Shown here: in pieces, positions 13,101-25,747 of the stretch
Layout of the letters: each line of letters begins with the position of its first letter
Numbering within the stretch: the first letter of the stretch is position 1
Source of the DNA: Laetmonice hystrix
Lineage: Eukaryota
Length of the DNA: 64,000 nt
Reading direction: 5' to 3'
Assembly (NCBI GenBank): GCA_965235115.1
Contig: OZ249438.1
Span: 30,256,001 to 30,320,000, forward strand
Notes under the pieces: model-generated
Told to the model about the DNA's origin: nothing
What the model saw: the letters and a program-made list of their open reading frames with translations, nothing else
Database searches by the model: none
Translations under genes and position numbers: made by a program

Positions 13101-16100
13101 AAACTTTCAGTTATCCCAAGAATCAGTAGTCGTCAAAATATAAAAATACAAATAATTAAACAATAGTTTCATGGGTCTTAACCGTTCATATTTTTTCCAT
13201 AGACATGGCTCTCATTCTATATTTTGTTTCTTGTACTTGTAGCGAAGAATCTAATCTGCAATTGTATTAGATTATATGATAAGACAAAGTTACTTCCAAA
13301 GGTCAACCTGATCCTTAGTTTTTTATTAGTAAGGCCAAAAGGTGCATACTGTCCATCAATAACAATGCAGATAATATATATGTAAATATATATATTGAAC
13401 TAAAGCAATGGTCAGCCCGCCATACCCATGAATAGTAAGCACGGAGATTGCACAAGTATGATCAAATACGGCTCTTTGTGTTGGCAAGATGTCGAAAGGA
13501 TTCTAACGCCTGTGACAATCAAACTTCAGAGGTCTACACCCATGTAAATTTTGCGCAGACACATTCGGTCTGAGACATACATTATTTTGGACTTCATTTT
13601 CACGAATTCTTTGTTTTGGTACATCCAAGTGACCCCATTATTTAATTTGTTTTTTATTCATCCGACTTACGAGGAAGTAAACGGAAAGTTACGGTGAAAA
13701 TAACCCAGTGTGCCCAGACGCCGATCACAGTCAGCAATGCAAGCAATTGATGAGCTGGCCAAATGTCCCTGACCCCATGAGATATGGGCAGGCGGCCATC
13801 AGTCCAATCCCAATCAGCATTATCTGATCAGTCATCAATGCATCCCGGGTTATTTATCTTATATCCTAAGTGGTCACGCCTAAAATAATGTTTCTGTCCC
13901 TCCCTGGATCGATTCGGTACAGCATTCGGTTTGCGAGTTTAAAGTGGCATGGATTGATGAAACGCTCAACATGGCGGACACCCGATAAGACAAGCCATTC
14001 TTTTGTAGTAGATGCAATAGTCTAAGCTCTCTATTCTCATACACGTGTACGTCTGTCAGACAAGTGAATGGCAGGGAAATTGCTCTGTATTTTTGAATGG
14101 CACATCGCTATTGCAGTTATTACAGTGTTTTTGTGATTCCATACAGTAAAGCTAAGATACAATCTATACAATACATAAAGGTGTAATTGAACTGACCCCG
14201 AACTTGGAACGAATCCAAACATTCAGAAAATTGAAATACAGAAGACGACAGGATGCTCCCAGCACATCTATCCTGTTTCCTCGCAGTAAATTAAGGACAT
14301 AAAGTGTTTTTGGCACGAGTTCATCTCCCCTCCCTGCCATTTCCTGGATGGTGCAATCTAAAAACATTGCAAACACATGTCCACTGCTGCTGTGCAATAA
14401 AAACAACTGGCGCAAACTGAGGTTGATTGAAAGGTTGAACAAATGATAATGATGATAGAAGAACAATACGGTCAACATCTTTTTCTAATCCTGCAGGCAA
14501 GAAATCCACGATGTACAGGAAAATAATGAAAAAGAAATCATCGCCGATAAATTCTTGGCACACACTTGTCACTGTCTCCGTGAATCCAATTGTGCAGGAG
14601 ACCATGTGGGCAGTGTACACAGTGGTGTAATGACAAGTGGATAAAACAATTATTGGTTCCTTGCAGTCAACAGCTATTCCGGCCGTATCTTCGTTTGGCC
14701 GTAATATGAAGGCCTCTTTATATATACCTTGTCTCTCGCAGTTTGTCTTTGTTAGGACCTGTAGGCCCCATACAACAAGCAGAAGGATGCCACCTGTAAT
14801 GCGGCATTAACACTACACAGTACTAGAACAACATTATAAATCATCTACATTGTATAATTCCAGCATCAATGGGCAAATTGAACTGTAGTATGTGACTGAT
14901 ACGCTCAGAGAAATCCGATTTCTCACATTGCAGTCTTATATTTGAAAAAAACTATTAGGCCTATGCTTGTTGTTATTAACAACCATCAGATGGAGCGTGT
15001 ACAGCAATTCATATTCCGAGGATATCGTATAGATGAGACCTTATCTTGGAATCATCACATATCTGTTATTTTTTAAAAAATGACAAAAATATTGGAAATG
15101 TAAATTAAAGAAATCCTTAACTCGTGCTACTTTAAGAAACCTCTATTTCTCTCTTATACATTCATACGTTAATAACGGTTTAATAATATGGGCAACTACA
15201 TCTTGTTAAAGTAATTAAACTCCAAAAAATGTTGTCCGAATTATAAGCTACTCTGGCCGAAATGACCAAATCGGGGATACCAAATTCAAGAAGAAAAAAA
15301 CCCCAAATTCATCTGTACTAAATGGTTTCCTCTTCAGGACGAAACAACTTTGACCTTCCAACGTCGATCAACTTTCTTGTTTTCCTATGCTTTTTGATAC
15401 TCACAAGATCACGTTCATGAACTCGTCTTGAGTTTTTTTTATGTCGAATAATATTTCACGAAATATCACTTTTCCCTTTCTACTCTCACTAAAGCAAACG
15501 CGTTTAAAACATCCGGTTACAATTACGTCATGGATACTTCCATTAAATTATCCCGATCTCGAATCAATTCTACATTAAAAGCAGACAGCAACAGCGCTAT
15601 TTTATTTTCATCACGGTATACACACTGTCGTTTGCTTGCAGAGACCGTAGACATGTGGCCATGCAGCCGTTGAACAGGTATTGAACAGAATTTGTTCCAA
15701 CCATCTACCGTTCCGACCGCAATACACTAAACACACAACCCCGATCTTTTCATATCAAATTCTCATCCATCACTGTCAGTGACAGCCACCATTTCCGACA
15801 TGACCTCTTTTTTAACAGAATTGCATTTGTTCAATTCTTTGTCTTTGAAATGTAAATACGTCGTCTGAATGCACACGACTACGACAGATGTGACCGACAC
15901 AGGATCAGCTCAACCCGCCTAGCATGATCCTGAATATCGCCCCTCGCGCTAGCCCTTGATGGAAAGCTGCATTTGTGAAAAAAATATCAGGCAGCATTTA
16001 GTATTAGTTATCTTAGCATGACTGATATGTCCTTTATCCCCGAGTTAACGCGCATATAGTCGTATATGTATTCTAGCTAGACATTTGATCAGGAGGCCAG

Positions 16101-16852
16101 GTTTCGACAGGTAAATGGTAGCGGATAGGGGAAAAAAGAAGCTGGTCTGTCTTAGACTTTGATCATCTCCAATGGGAAGTGCATGCAATGATTGATGTGG
16201 CATGCTATCAACCACCCTGTGTGTGTTGGTCCCTCATAAAATGATGGTCACCTCCCTGTTCCACCCAAACCTCACGTTACAAACACGGCAACAAACAGCA
16301 GCACATCTGGCAGGAATTAATCTCCTACAATACTGTACTACCTTGGCAAATGTTAAACTTTTACCTCAACCATGATCAGTATTTCATGAAAAGTGGACCA
16401 AGAGGTAAAGTCAACCTACCCTTTCATTTTCAGCCACTATTTATTTATATTTCTTTCCAAGTTCCATTATAAATCTCTCAAAGAACACAAAACTAATAGC
16501 CAGATTCCCTTGGAAATTTTTGCTGATCCTCTGCAAGAGTTGACAATAAGGGCAAATACCTTACGAGAATATGACTTTTTACGCCCTAAAATCACCACTT
16601 ATAACATTTTTCGGTGTAAACTTTAAGAAGTTATCTAGTATTGTCTATAGCTCATAGCACTATCTCACACTTTAGCCGATTTTGGCACCGATGTGTAGAA
16701 CTCGGCGTACTCGGCTAAAAAAGCTACCAGTAACTACGAGGTACGAGTTTGTTAAAGAGTTAAATACGTTTTTATACGAGCTAAATACGAGGTTCGCAGC
16801 TAACACAGCTCAACTCGGAAGTAATCAGCATAACGCGTATCTCATTTGTGGA

Positions 16853-17030
16853 TGAGTTATTGATCAAAATGTGTTTATATCCAAGATGGCTACCAAGTGG
16901 CCATTTTAGGTGATATTGACGTGCATCCTCTTCCAATCGACTCATACACTTCTGGGAAATCGCTGTCTATGGACATACGTATGTACGTATAGGATGGCGA
17001 ATTATAAGTCGCCGACCCCTTTGGGGGCTA
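16853..17030 (+). mobile_element. Diverged 3'-end fragment of the HINE/Helentron-like family found at 38306-40320
   Basis: Shares TGAGTTATT..TCAAAATGTGTTT..ATCCAA.ATGGC, AAATCGCTGTCTA.GGACATACG and the terminal GGGGGCTA with 40070-40315. Confidence 0.75.
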
Positions 17031-17301
17031 GGGCTGAAACGATACCTTTGTGTCACGATATGATACGTATCACGATACATAACAAACGATACGACACGTA
17101 TCACGATATTGCTCAATGAAACTAAAAGTGTACTATGCTGAAATTACTATACTGGCGTCGGAGATATCGTAATACAATCGTGGCTGTGACGGAATTTTGC
17201 ACTCGCCAGGCGGACGGACCGCTACTACAATTTATAGGTCGTCGTACGAATCGGCATAAAAATCGCAAAAGTGAGAAAGGGGCTTCAGTCCGACAGCCCT
17301 A
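17029..17301. mobile_element. hAT-like MITE remnant (TAGGGCTG...CAGCCCTA)
   Basis: 8-bp perfect terminal inverted repeat with an ACGATAC-rich interior. No TSD recognised. Confidence 0.4.
17155..17285 (-). mobile_element. Second, truncated copy of the 9661-10170 PIF-like element
   Basis: The reverse complement aligns by eye with ~9661-9805 (GCCCC.TTC.CAC.TT..CGATTTTTA.GCCGATTC...CCGCCTG...CAAAATTC.GTCAC.GCCACGATTGT.TTACGATAT). Confidence 0.75.
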
Positions 17302-20160
17302 TACACTGTGACACTGTATGGCTTATATATGAGGCCCCAACGTTCTCATTCGTATACATTTCCTTCATGCATCCAGGATGCATTGGTTAACATGCAAATT
17401 TTCGTAACTATGAAGAATTACAGCCTCAAAGATTGTGTGCGAAACGTTCGATCATAACAAATTAGCGATGAACCTGTCTGGAATGCATAATTCGTGCATA
17501 AAATTATGAGCACAGTTCATTTTTGAAGATGAAGATAAAGTGTTTTTATCGACAAGGCGTTCGGATTCCTGGGGACCGGCCTGACAGTTTGTAAAAACTT
17601 ATGAAGAACTTAGCGCTAGACATTATGTAATGGCCATCAAAACGTTATTTTGTTGCCAAATAAATCTGTTTAATCACTCAATTGAAAAGTAGATTCTTAT
17701 GAGTCGAATGCATCTTCATTAGTGCTTTGCTGGCAGCGTTGGGTTCCCTTGTCGAGTTCGCCATCAAAATTATTACTGTTGGAGGGACAAAATTATCATC
17801 ACTTAAATTGATTATCATTTCGTCTCCTAGGAGTTACAGCCTGATAGGTGATTCCCTATTTTATCCTACTCCCGCTGTTAAAAGTATCTCGGCTTCATCG
17901 CCTTCAGGAATCATGTGAAAATTACAGTATTTCACCCTGGGGAGCGCTTGGCAATTGTTGAATATTTCATCCTTTACAGATCCTGAAACCTAGAGAACTT
18001 TTGCCTTGAACCTCCTTTCATGCGTAAACCATTGACTCTCTGTTTGCGTACTCACATGATGAAATCTGTATAAACAATTCCGAGATGTAGAGTAACTTAA
18101 CTTGACCATCCTTTTCTTCTCTCATCGGGATAGTAATTTCTCTTTCGAAGCCGAGGCACATTGTCCGATTTAAGTTTAGAGAAACTGTTTTTATGGCTAA
18201 GAGCAATAAAATGTAGACAAAGTTCTTATATATCATTAAAACGGTAGGTGGCACTTTGAGGAAGTGTGGCGCAAGAAGGGACATCCGGCACTTGGAACTG
18301 ACGTTCGTGTTTATTTATCTCTATGCAGCATTGGTGTTTGATTCAGAAAGAATAGCGAAGACACCATCCCGGGTAAGACGATTCAAAACCTGGACAAGTT
18401 AAACGTGTAAACATGATGACTACACTAATGATGCTGCGAAGAAATAACTATGGCTGCAAAATCGACGCAAAAGTTTTCCAAAACATTGAAGATCGAATCA
18501 CTGACTGATAATAACTTAAGAGAAGTAAGAGTGCCGAAATGTTAACAGCTTTGCCACAAAATAACTTTCTTAACATAAATATGACTTTTTGGATGTTTTC
18601 CAATTTAAAAGGAATTACTTGAAAATGTAGCAAACATGCCAGACCCCTTCTTGCATGGCACACCTAATTCACGAGACGATTTTACCTCACGACAAGCCAG
18701 ATTCCTAACAAATGGACAGACAGTTTCGTTAAGTTGTCCGTCACTGAGATAAAAACTAAATATCCCCAAAAAGCTGTGTAAAAAAGCCGATGCACCTCGC
18801 TGTCTGGGGTACCCTGGCTAGAGCCTGGCCGGGACCTAGTACCTGCCCAGGCTCGTTCAGCCCTGAGGTGACGCGTGGTCTGACTCAGACCCTCAGGTCC
18901 GGTCCAAACACTGCCTTCTCCAGGGCTTCGCCAGGGCAGGTCCACCAGGGCCCTTGCTTCTAGGACCGTACTAAATGCTTTCAAAACCATCCCTCCAGGA
19001 AAATGAAATAATAAAAACACACAGGCACACATGGAACGTGAATCCAATCCCTTGGAAGTTTCCAGGAACTGAAGCAGAACATAATTTTTACAAGATGCAT
19101 ATCTTGCATGTTAATAATTCTTATAACGATCGAACCTCCGTACTAACGGACCTTGGATTCTTCATGCTGTATATTTAAAAATTCTCCCCCCATCATCGGT
19201 ATTTTCCACCCTATCAACTCATGTTTTTTTACTAACATTCATGCACGGACTTTCATTCATATCTCCAGGGTTGATCGATGTTTGACGAACGTTGGGAAGA
19301 ATCCCGACACAGCTCATTCAATTTTAGGCGTCGGCAAGCAGCTGCTTTTCTAAGAACTCCCGACATCTTTTCTCCGAACTCTATAATTGGGGTACCTAAA
19401 CCAAACGACTCAGCTCAACATGACTGATATATGGTATTCTGTGCGTGAAGAAAGCGGGAGAGAGACCGCGCGACAGAAGGGCAAACCCGTAAAAAGTCTC
19501 TGTTTACGGAGATGTAGAGAAACAAAGAAAAAACATGTTTTGTCAGCTTATACTGCAGTAAATACTGCACTTTTGCAGTTCAACTGGAATTTACCAGTTG
19601 TAGTAAGAAAGACGAGAAAAGAAGGTGACAGTCAGTTGGCAGTGGTGTGATCATTGCAGCCTGTCTCCCTGACTGGTATCTATTGTCGGTCTGTTTCAAG
19701 TCAGTTCCTCGCATAGAAATGTTCTACATCCTTCCTTATGGGGAATTTGTGCGGATGTGGGAATATTTTCCACCGTCTTGTTCTTATCAAAACTAGCTCG
19801 CTAATATTTTGTATGTTTCTTGAATCAGGTGTTAAAAACATCGTCTTTCACCATACCTTACCCATAGAAATCCCTACTATACTGCAATAAATTCCTCTCT
19901 AATTGTTTCTTTTACACTCTTTTCAACAGGTGGCCTTCTTTATTTTGAAATATATCCAAGTGCATATCTACGAAGAGTTTCATGGACAAGATCCTTAGCT
20001 AGTGGTCACTGTTAGGGATACGGAGGCATAAACACCCTTACTGTTATTTTTTTATTAAACATCCTATAGTAATGTCTGGACAGCGACCGTGATAACGATG
20101 TGTCGTTTAAACCCTTACATTTAAATTAGCAACGACATCACCAATACGCTCGGTTATAAC

Positions 20161-20419
20161 CAGGGCCGGATCCAGGATTCTTAGAAAGGGGGGCGTAGCC
20201 CCTGAAGGCGCAAAGCCCCAAGGGGGGTCTGGGGGACCTCCACCCGAAAAAAATGAAAATTCATGTTTGTCTGATGCATTTTCCCGGCATCTGAGAAAAG
20301 AACTGTTCCCTTTTTTCAGGGGGCAAAGTACTGGTAAAATTCCAGTCTAAAAAATCATTACTCTGCCAAAAATAGGGGGTGTACGCCCCCCCACGCCCCC
20401 CCCCCTGGATCCGGCCCTG
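20161..20419. mobile_element. 259-bp MITE with 16-bp perfect TIRs and a 5-bp TSD (hAT-like termini)
   Basis: ATAAC|CAGGGCCGGATCCAGG ... CCTGGATCCGGCCCTG|ATAAC. Confidence 0.9.
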
Positions 20420-20706
20420 ATAACGATAATAAGAAAGTTAGAAACCCCGCTTTTCACGACGTATCTTTAGTAATGATGACTTTCTGTAACGCCCCCGCCC
20501 CCTTTGACAAACGTCTGTATGGGCTTTTGTATAGAACATTAAAAAATGCCATTTCCCAACAAACTGCATTTCCAGCAGAATCAATACTCCAACAACATTT
20601 AATGTATACATTAATATCAGCAAGAATCTGCATTTGCACACGTCTTATTGCCGCTCGCCTAGACCTGAGGTATATTTGGAAATAAGTCTAGACAGATATT
20701 ACTTAC

Positions 20707-20761
20707 TTGCCCTCCACTTCTATGGAAGATGAAGATGAAGCAAACAGCTGGTGTTACTCAC
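20707..20761 (-). other. Candidate recursive splice site and 55-nt RS-exon
   Basis: Minus strand: CCCTGAC (branch-point-like)...atttatttttacttctctAG|GTGAGTAA...GGCAA|GTAAGTA. The exon has stop codons in all three frames. Confidence 0.5.
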
Positions 20762-22082
20762 CTAGAGAAGTAAAAATAAATCACAGATCGTCAGGGATAC
20801 TGTTACAGCATTTACCAGGTAAATGATATCATATTCACCGGACATAACATATCTATATGAATTAGAATGAAGTAACTAGCATAGGAGAGTCCATGCAATA
20901 CGACTTATCTGGAAAGCAGCTTTATACCCTTGTGGACCCTATGGCCTGGCGGAAAATAAACATACAGAGTCTGCATAGAATGTTGACTTATTATTACTGG
21001 CGGCACTGTAGGGGGGATCAGCATTTCACACCTGTCACCTCGCGGTGCTTACTCCTCGGTGTACTGTCAATCATGTACAATAAAATGTCTTTTAGACAAC
21101 ACCATAGACGTAGATCAGTGTAGGTCTATGGCAATCCCCCCCCCCACACACACACACACACTCACATCGAACACGGTTATCTGGCCCAGAATTTATCAAA
21201 GTAAGGAACGTTAACAAACATCTTTGTAGCGAACGCTTTTTGTCAGTCCCTTAGTGCTCCTTATTTGGAGGGTATGCTATGCTACTTTATTCTCCTGGTC
21301 GAAGGCTGGCTAAATGATCTTGGACCTTTCTTCACCCCATACAACGAAGGTACAATGAAACAGATACTTAGTTCAGGACATGGCCGAGTTGCCCCATCTA
21401 CCTTCGGACCTCTTACATAATTGATAACCAAATTACCATTTTTCATCTGCTAACACCCCAAAATTACCTCCACAAAATGTGGAATGCTCCCCATGTGGTC
21501 AGGCCTTTGTCCACTATTTCCTATTTCGTGACCTTCCAGTAAAACATTTGAAATGTAAGCCGCTGAGTACCGGTAAACACATGGTCGTTTTGACGTGACA
21601 CAACTGCTTCAAATTAGGAAAAGGCGCAGTGGCGCACTTGAAATATTTAGCCGCCTCATGCATAATGAAAATGACTGCTTGTTCCAACCAACACTTGGTA
21701 ATTATTCCCTAGTGTCATGGCTGACGGTCTTTCTAGAAAACAGGTCCATATTGTATGGATCCGGCTTAGAAACGCAGACTCCTGCACTCGCCTCCGTTCA
21801 CACACCAAGCACACATACACGTCCACACACACACCACACCAACAGACAATATAGCACACACTCATGGATCGATTAATATGATACAGATGGAGGACAATAT
21901 CGTAGATCTATATATTTTTAAAACATAAATTTTGTGTGTGAGTTGTAGCACTAGTGACCGTTCTAACCCACCATTATGCATGTATTCAGTGCAAATTAAT
22001 GACAATAGTAGCGTTAGTGGGCGAGGATGGGCGAGCAGGCCGGCGGCTGACAAACCTGATTGATCGTTACATATTTGATGCC

Positions 22083-22147
22083 ACCGGCTACAGCATGGAG
22101 GCACGACTACCTCGACCGGCTACAGCATGGAGGCACGACTACCTCGA
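22083..22147. repeat. Perfect 32-bp tandem duplication
   Basis: ACCGGCTACAGCATGGAGGCACGACTACCTCG occurs twice head to tail. Confidence 0.97.
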
Positions 22148-23497
22148 TAATTGCCTCTCACAAAGGTCCACAGAAAATGTACACTGTAACTCTGTCCTTT
22201 CACTAATGAGTAATCGATCTAAGATCCGTCATACAGGTAGTCTGTACGCCCAAGTTGTTCCTTATGTAATAATAAAGGTTGTGTCATCGCACGTTGGGGT
22301 TTACAACGAAAGCGACGTGGGACTTTCGATAGTGATGGAGTGCCTCCCTTGGGGGCGACACCATCTACCAAAACAATGTCTGTCCGCAGTTGTAGGCACT
22401 TTCAGTGCTGCCACCTCGGGACAAAACATGGAACTAAAATTTTTACTTTTCAAAACCGCCTGCCTGCGCAAGTGGATCTCAAGGGCTTCAAAACCATTAC
22501 CAGCGGGGCTTTCTGAACAGCTTCCTTTCAATAAGGTCAGAAGTCCTCAATGGCAACCGAGCCAGTGCTTTAATTAACCATAGACGCACTAAGATCTGTT
22601 TGCATACAGAATGTGAACAGCCTGTCATTACGTGGAATTGACGGTGAGTGGAGAAGTACATAAGTAACTTAAGGATCATACATTATTTAGATGTAGACTA
22701 ACAACGTGTCCCAGTAATGATGAATCTGTAGCGGCATGGGCTATCCAATCTAAAACGGGGTCACAAAGCAAGTATCAATTCATTACGGATCTATTGATGA
22801 AATGAAAGTGATACTTAATTGTCAGCCAAGACATAGACCAGGTGCACGGCCAGAATCTTTGAATGGAGGAGAAAACAACCTGATTTAAGGCGAGGATGCG
22901 GGGGGGGGGGGGGTGCCGCACTTCATCGACAAAATGGGTGAAAAAAGAGGAAAAGGAGACCAGAAAAGAAGAAGGTACAACATACTCCACGCCCCCTTTC
23001 CCAAAAATTGGAACCGTGACACAATTATAGGAAGGCTCGTCTCGGTCTCTGACAACAAGAGGGCTGCCCAAGAGATCAGCCGGCCGTCAATTTGTTTAAA
23101 CGCGTTTTTATAAGCTGCTACTACATGGACTTCAATTTCATTACACCACTGAGCCCCTGTCCTTTTCCTGAATCCCAAACTCGGTCTCCGCTCCCTGCAG
23201 ACCCAGCACCACTAACTCTGCTACTTCTCGAGGCAGTGCCCTCCGCTCCATCGAGAGGCGAAATACGGTGGTGGCCATCTCCGTCAGATTTAGTATGCGT
23301 TCCGAGGACGGCGTCCAGTGGGTTAGGGGTCAGCCAATCCGCCCTGTTCTGTGGAGATCCACACAGACGGATGGCCACTGCGGACGGCGGCATAACCGTA
23401 TACCTCATTAACCCTTGCTGAGGCTTACAGTGACGGTCCAAATTCTCATTATTACCTCCACGTTGACCCTTGCCAGCGGACTGATCCATAACACGAG

Positions 23498-23511
23498 GCG
23501 CCCCCTACAGG
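23498..23511 (-). promoter_or_regulatory. CTCF-like motif CCTGTAGGGGGCGC
   Basis: One mismatch to CCASYAGRKGGCRS on the minus strand. Confidence 0.4.
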
Positions 23512-25730
23512 CGACTACAAAGGAGCAAATGATGCTTTTCCTTCTTCCATCTAATAGACATGATTTAACAAAGATTGGCTGCGGATATACTGCCGACCAG
23601 ACCAATAGATACATGTACTGTTTGGCAAAGCCTCTGTATAATTGGTGGAGAATTCCCTGCCAAACAGATCAGATAATCTATATGAGAATGAACTGGTCTT
23701 GACAAGAGGTCCACGGACATCGTGAATATATATGTCCGTGGTGGAGATGGCTATACCGTGTGTTGTTTGTTTTTGGTCATGCACATTCCTGTGGTGACTT
23801 TATAGAATTAATCTTTCACGGTAAATAGTCAAATAAAGTGATCCATCGCTGAGCAAGCATTTAATCATTGTTCGACCATCCCCATAGGTCCTACAGCGTT
23901 AAAACTTGGAATTGCTTTCATGTCAAAGAGAATTAATTATTTCGTTTTTGTCTCGGTCGAGGAGATTCATTTATCCTGCGTCCGTGTGGGTGGCACGAGG
24001 TATGTTTTCATTCAGACAGACCCAGGCTATCCCACCTTCTAATTAACACGGGTATTCACAAAGAATCAAGTTGGCATCGATTACATAGCTGGTTCACAGC
24101 ATGGAAGAGTGGTGTAGATTTGTTGTGTGAAGGGTGTCAGTTCTTTTTAACAGTTTTTTTTCCTTTTCTACAGGACAGTGATATGAATCCTTCCAATCAT
24201 CCCAATCAATCTTTTCATGGTGGATTCGGAAGGATTAACGCGGGGGATCTGGGAATTAAGAAACTCTGACAAACAAATCCTTGTTTAATCAAAGAGGATC
24301 TTCGTGCAGTTGGCTAATCTTCATTCGCAGATTACAACGAGAAAATGGAAATACCTTTTCATTTTTAGCTCAAAATACAACGGATTAAACTTTGTAAATT
24401 CGCAAAACCTGGTATCTTTATATGTACCTGTTCTTTCAGGACATAAGACAGATTGCATGTTTCTAACAATTTCCCAAATATGCCAATATTTCTTGCATGC
24501 TTCTGATAATTTCCTAAATAAGGCAACGTTCATGAGGGCTTCTGACATACATGTATGCACTTTCCCTTTTTGTGAAATAATTATGCAACACTTATACCAA
24601 CTGTCTGAGGAGGCATACGTCAAACTACGAATGAAAGCTCATTGAAAATAGTGGAACTACGAATGTGGTAACGTTCTTCAAAAGTGTTTTTTCTACAAAT
24701 TGTGATGCCTTGTCATAGGTTGGAAACATGACTGGACCCAAAAAAAACATAAACTAGCGATTCCCCTCAACATATCTAATATTTGTAATTACCTTTTTAA
24801 ATTATATATCTTTGGTACGAGAGGGGAGAACATATATAAAACTTATCCAGATATTTCGCAGTACATTTATTGTTACATGAATGCATGGCAGTAAACATAA
24901 CTTTCTGTTAAAACATATACCCGTTTCGTACATCCGAACTTTGGTGTCACTGAGGTTCCGTTTAGCACGGCTTCTAGGTACAATTGTTGGTAATGTTACG
25001 GCACAGCCGAGTTTAGGAAAGTTAAAATGGCAGCTTGGTACACAAGAGAAGAAACTTTCGGGGGCAACACCACAAAATCAATGTCCTCGTACAAAACCAG
25101 CGACGCCAACAGTTGCCATTTTAAGGGCAAGAGATCGCCTGTCCCCTGGCCTTTCGGCTGTAGCCAAGCCACTGCACCGCCCCTCTTTCATGACAAAGGG
25201 CATTATTTCACGTGAAAATTGTCTTCCTCGATTGGCGGGTGTGCTGGGTGATCAGGGAGAGGATTCTGACTGCCGTGACCACACAGTTGTTGGGCCGTCC
25301 TGGTCAGGACGGCACTAATGACTCAAGCACCTGTCAACCAATTGCCTCCGATGTTGTCTCCGTGAGGTGTGTGTGAACATGGCAGTTAACAGTCCAAGGA
25401 TGTGTTTTTCAGTATGCCAGAGGCTGACTTCGGGCGGCTTCTAGGTCACAGCACGGTATTCTGAGGCTCGGCAAATGTTTGGTTTTCACAGCTAGAAGTC
25501 GGTGAATAACCGGCACACACTGGGAGCCAGCGCCGCTGATTAACATTGGTTCCTGCAGCAGGACAACCCATCAGGATTTCGGGACCATTCTGCTGCAATA
25601 ACGCTCCTTAAGTAAGCCCATAAACGTCGCAGGAAACAATCTCAGTAGTCAGAACTGTATTAAAGCCTGGTTTATTCCCATCAGAGCCTGTTTGATGATG
25701 GAGTCTTTCCGCTTTCGACCAGACACGGGC

Positions 25731-25747
25731 GCGCCCTCTAGGGGCCA
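25731..25747 (-). promoter_or_regulatory. CTCF-like motif TGGCCCCTAGAGGGCGC
   Basis: Close match to the extended CTCF consensus TGGCCACCAGGGGGCGC on the minus strand. Confidence 0.45.

Noticed and set aside
13482-13494. miR-31-like sequence TGGCAAGATGTCG
   Set aside because: Only 13 nt match and there is no complementary arm nearby to form a precursor hairpin.
18056-18065. 10-nt minus-strand microexon (AG|ATTTCATCAT|GTGAGT)
   Set aside because: Joining to nearby acceptors gives stops or unrecognisable peptides. Such site pairs are expected by chance.
21954-22577. Longest ORF in the track (207 aa) as a gene
   Set aside because: No recognisable domain and a non-ATG start. The frame stays open only because a 32-bp duplication bypasses a TAA that would otherwise end it.
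23415-23702. 95-aa ORF with a signal-peptide-like N-terminus
   Set aside because: Begins at TTG right after an in-frame stop, has no upstream ATG, and has no recognisable family features.
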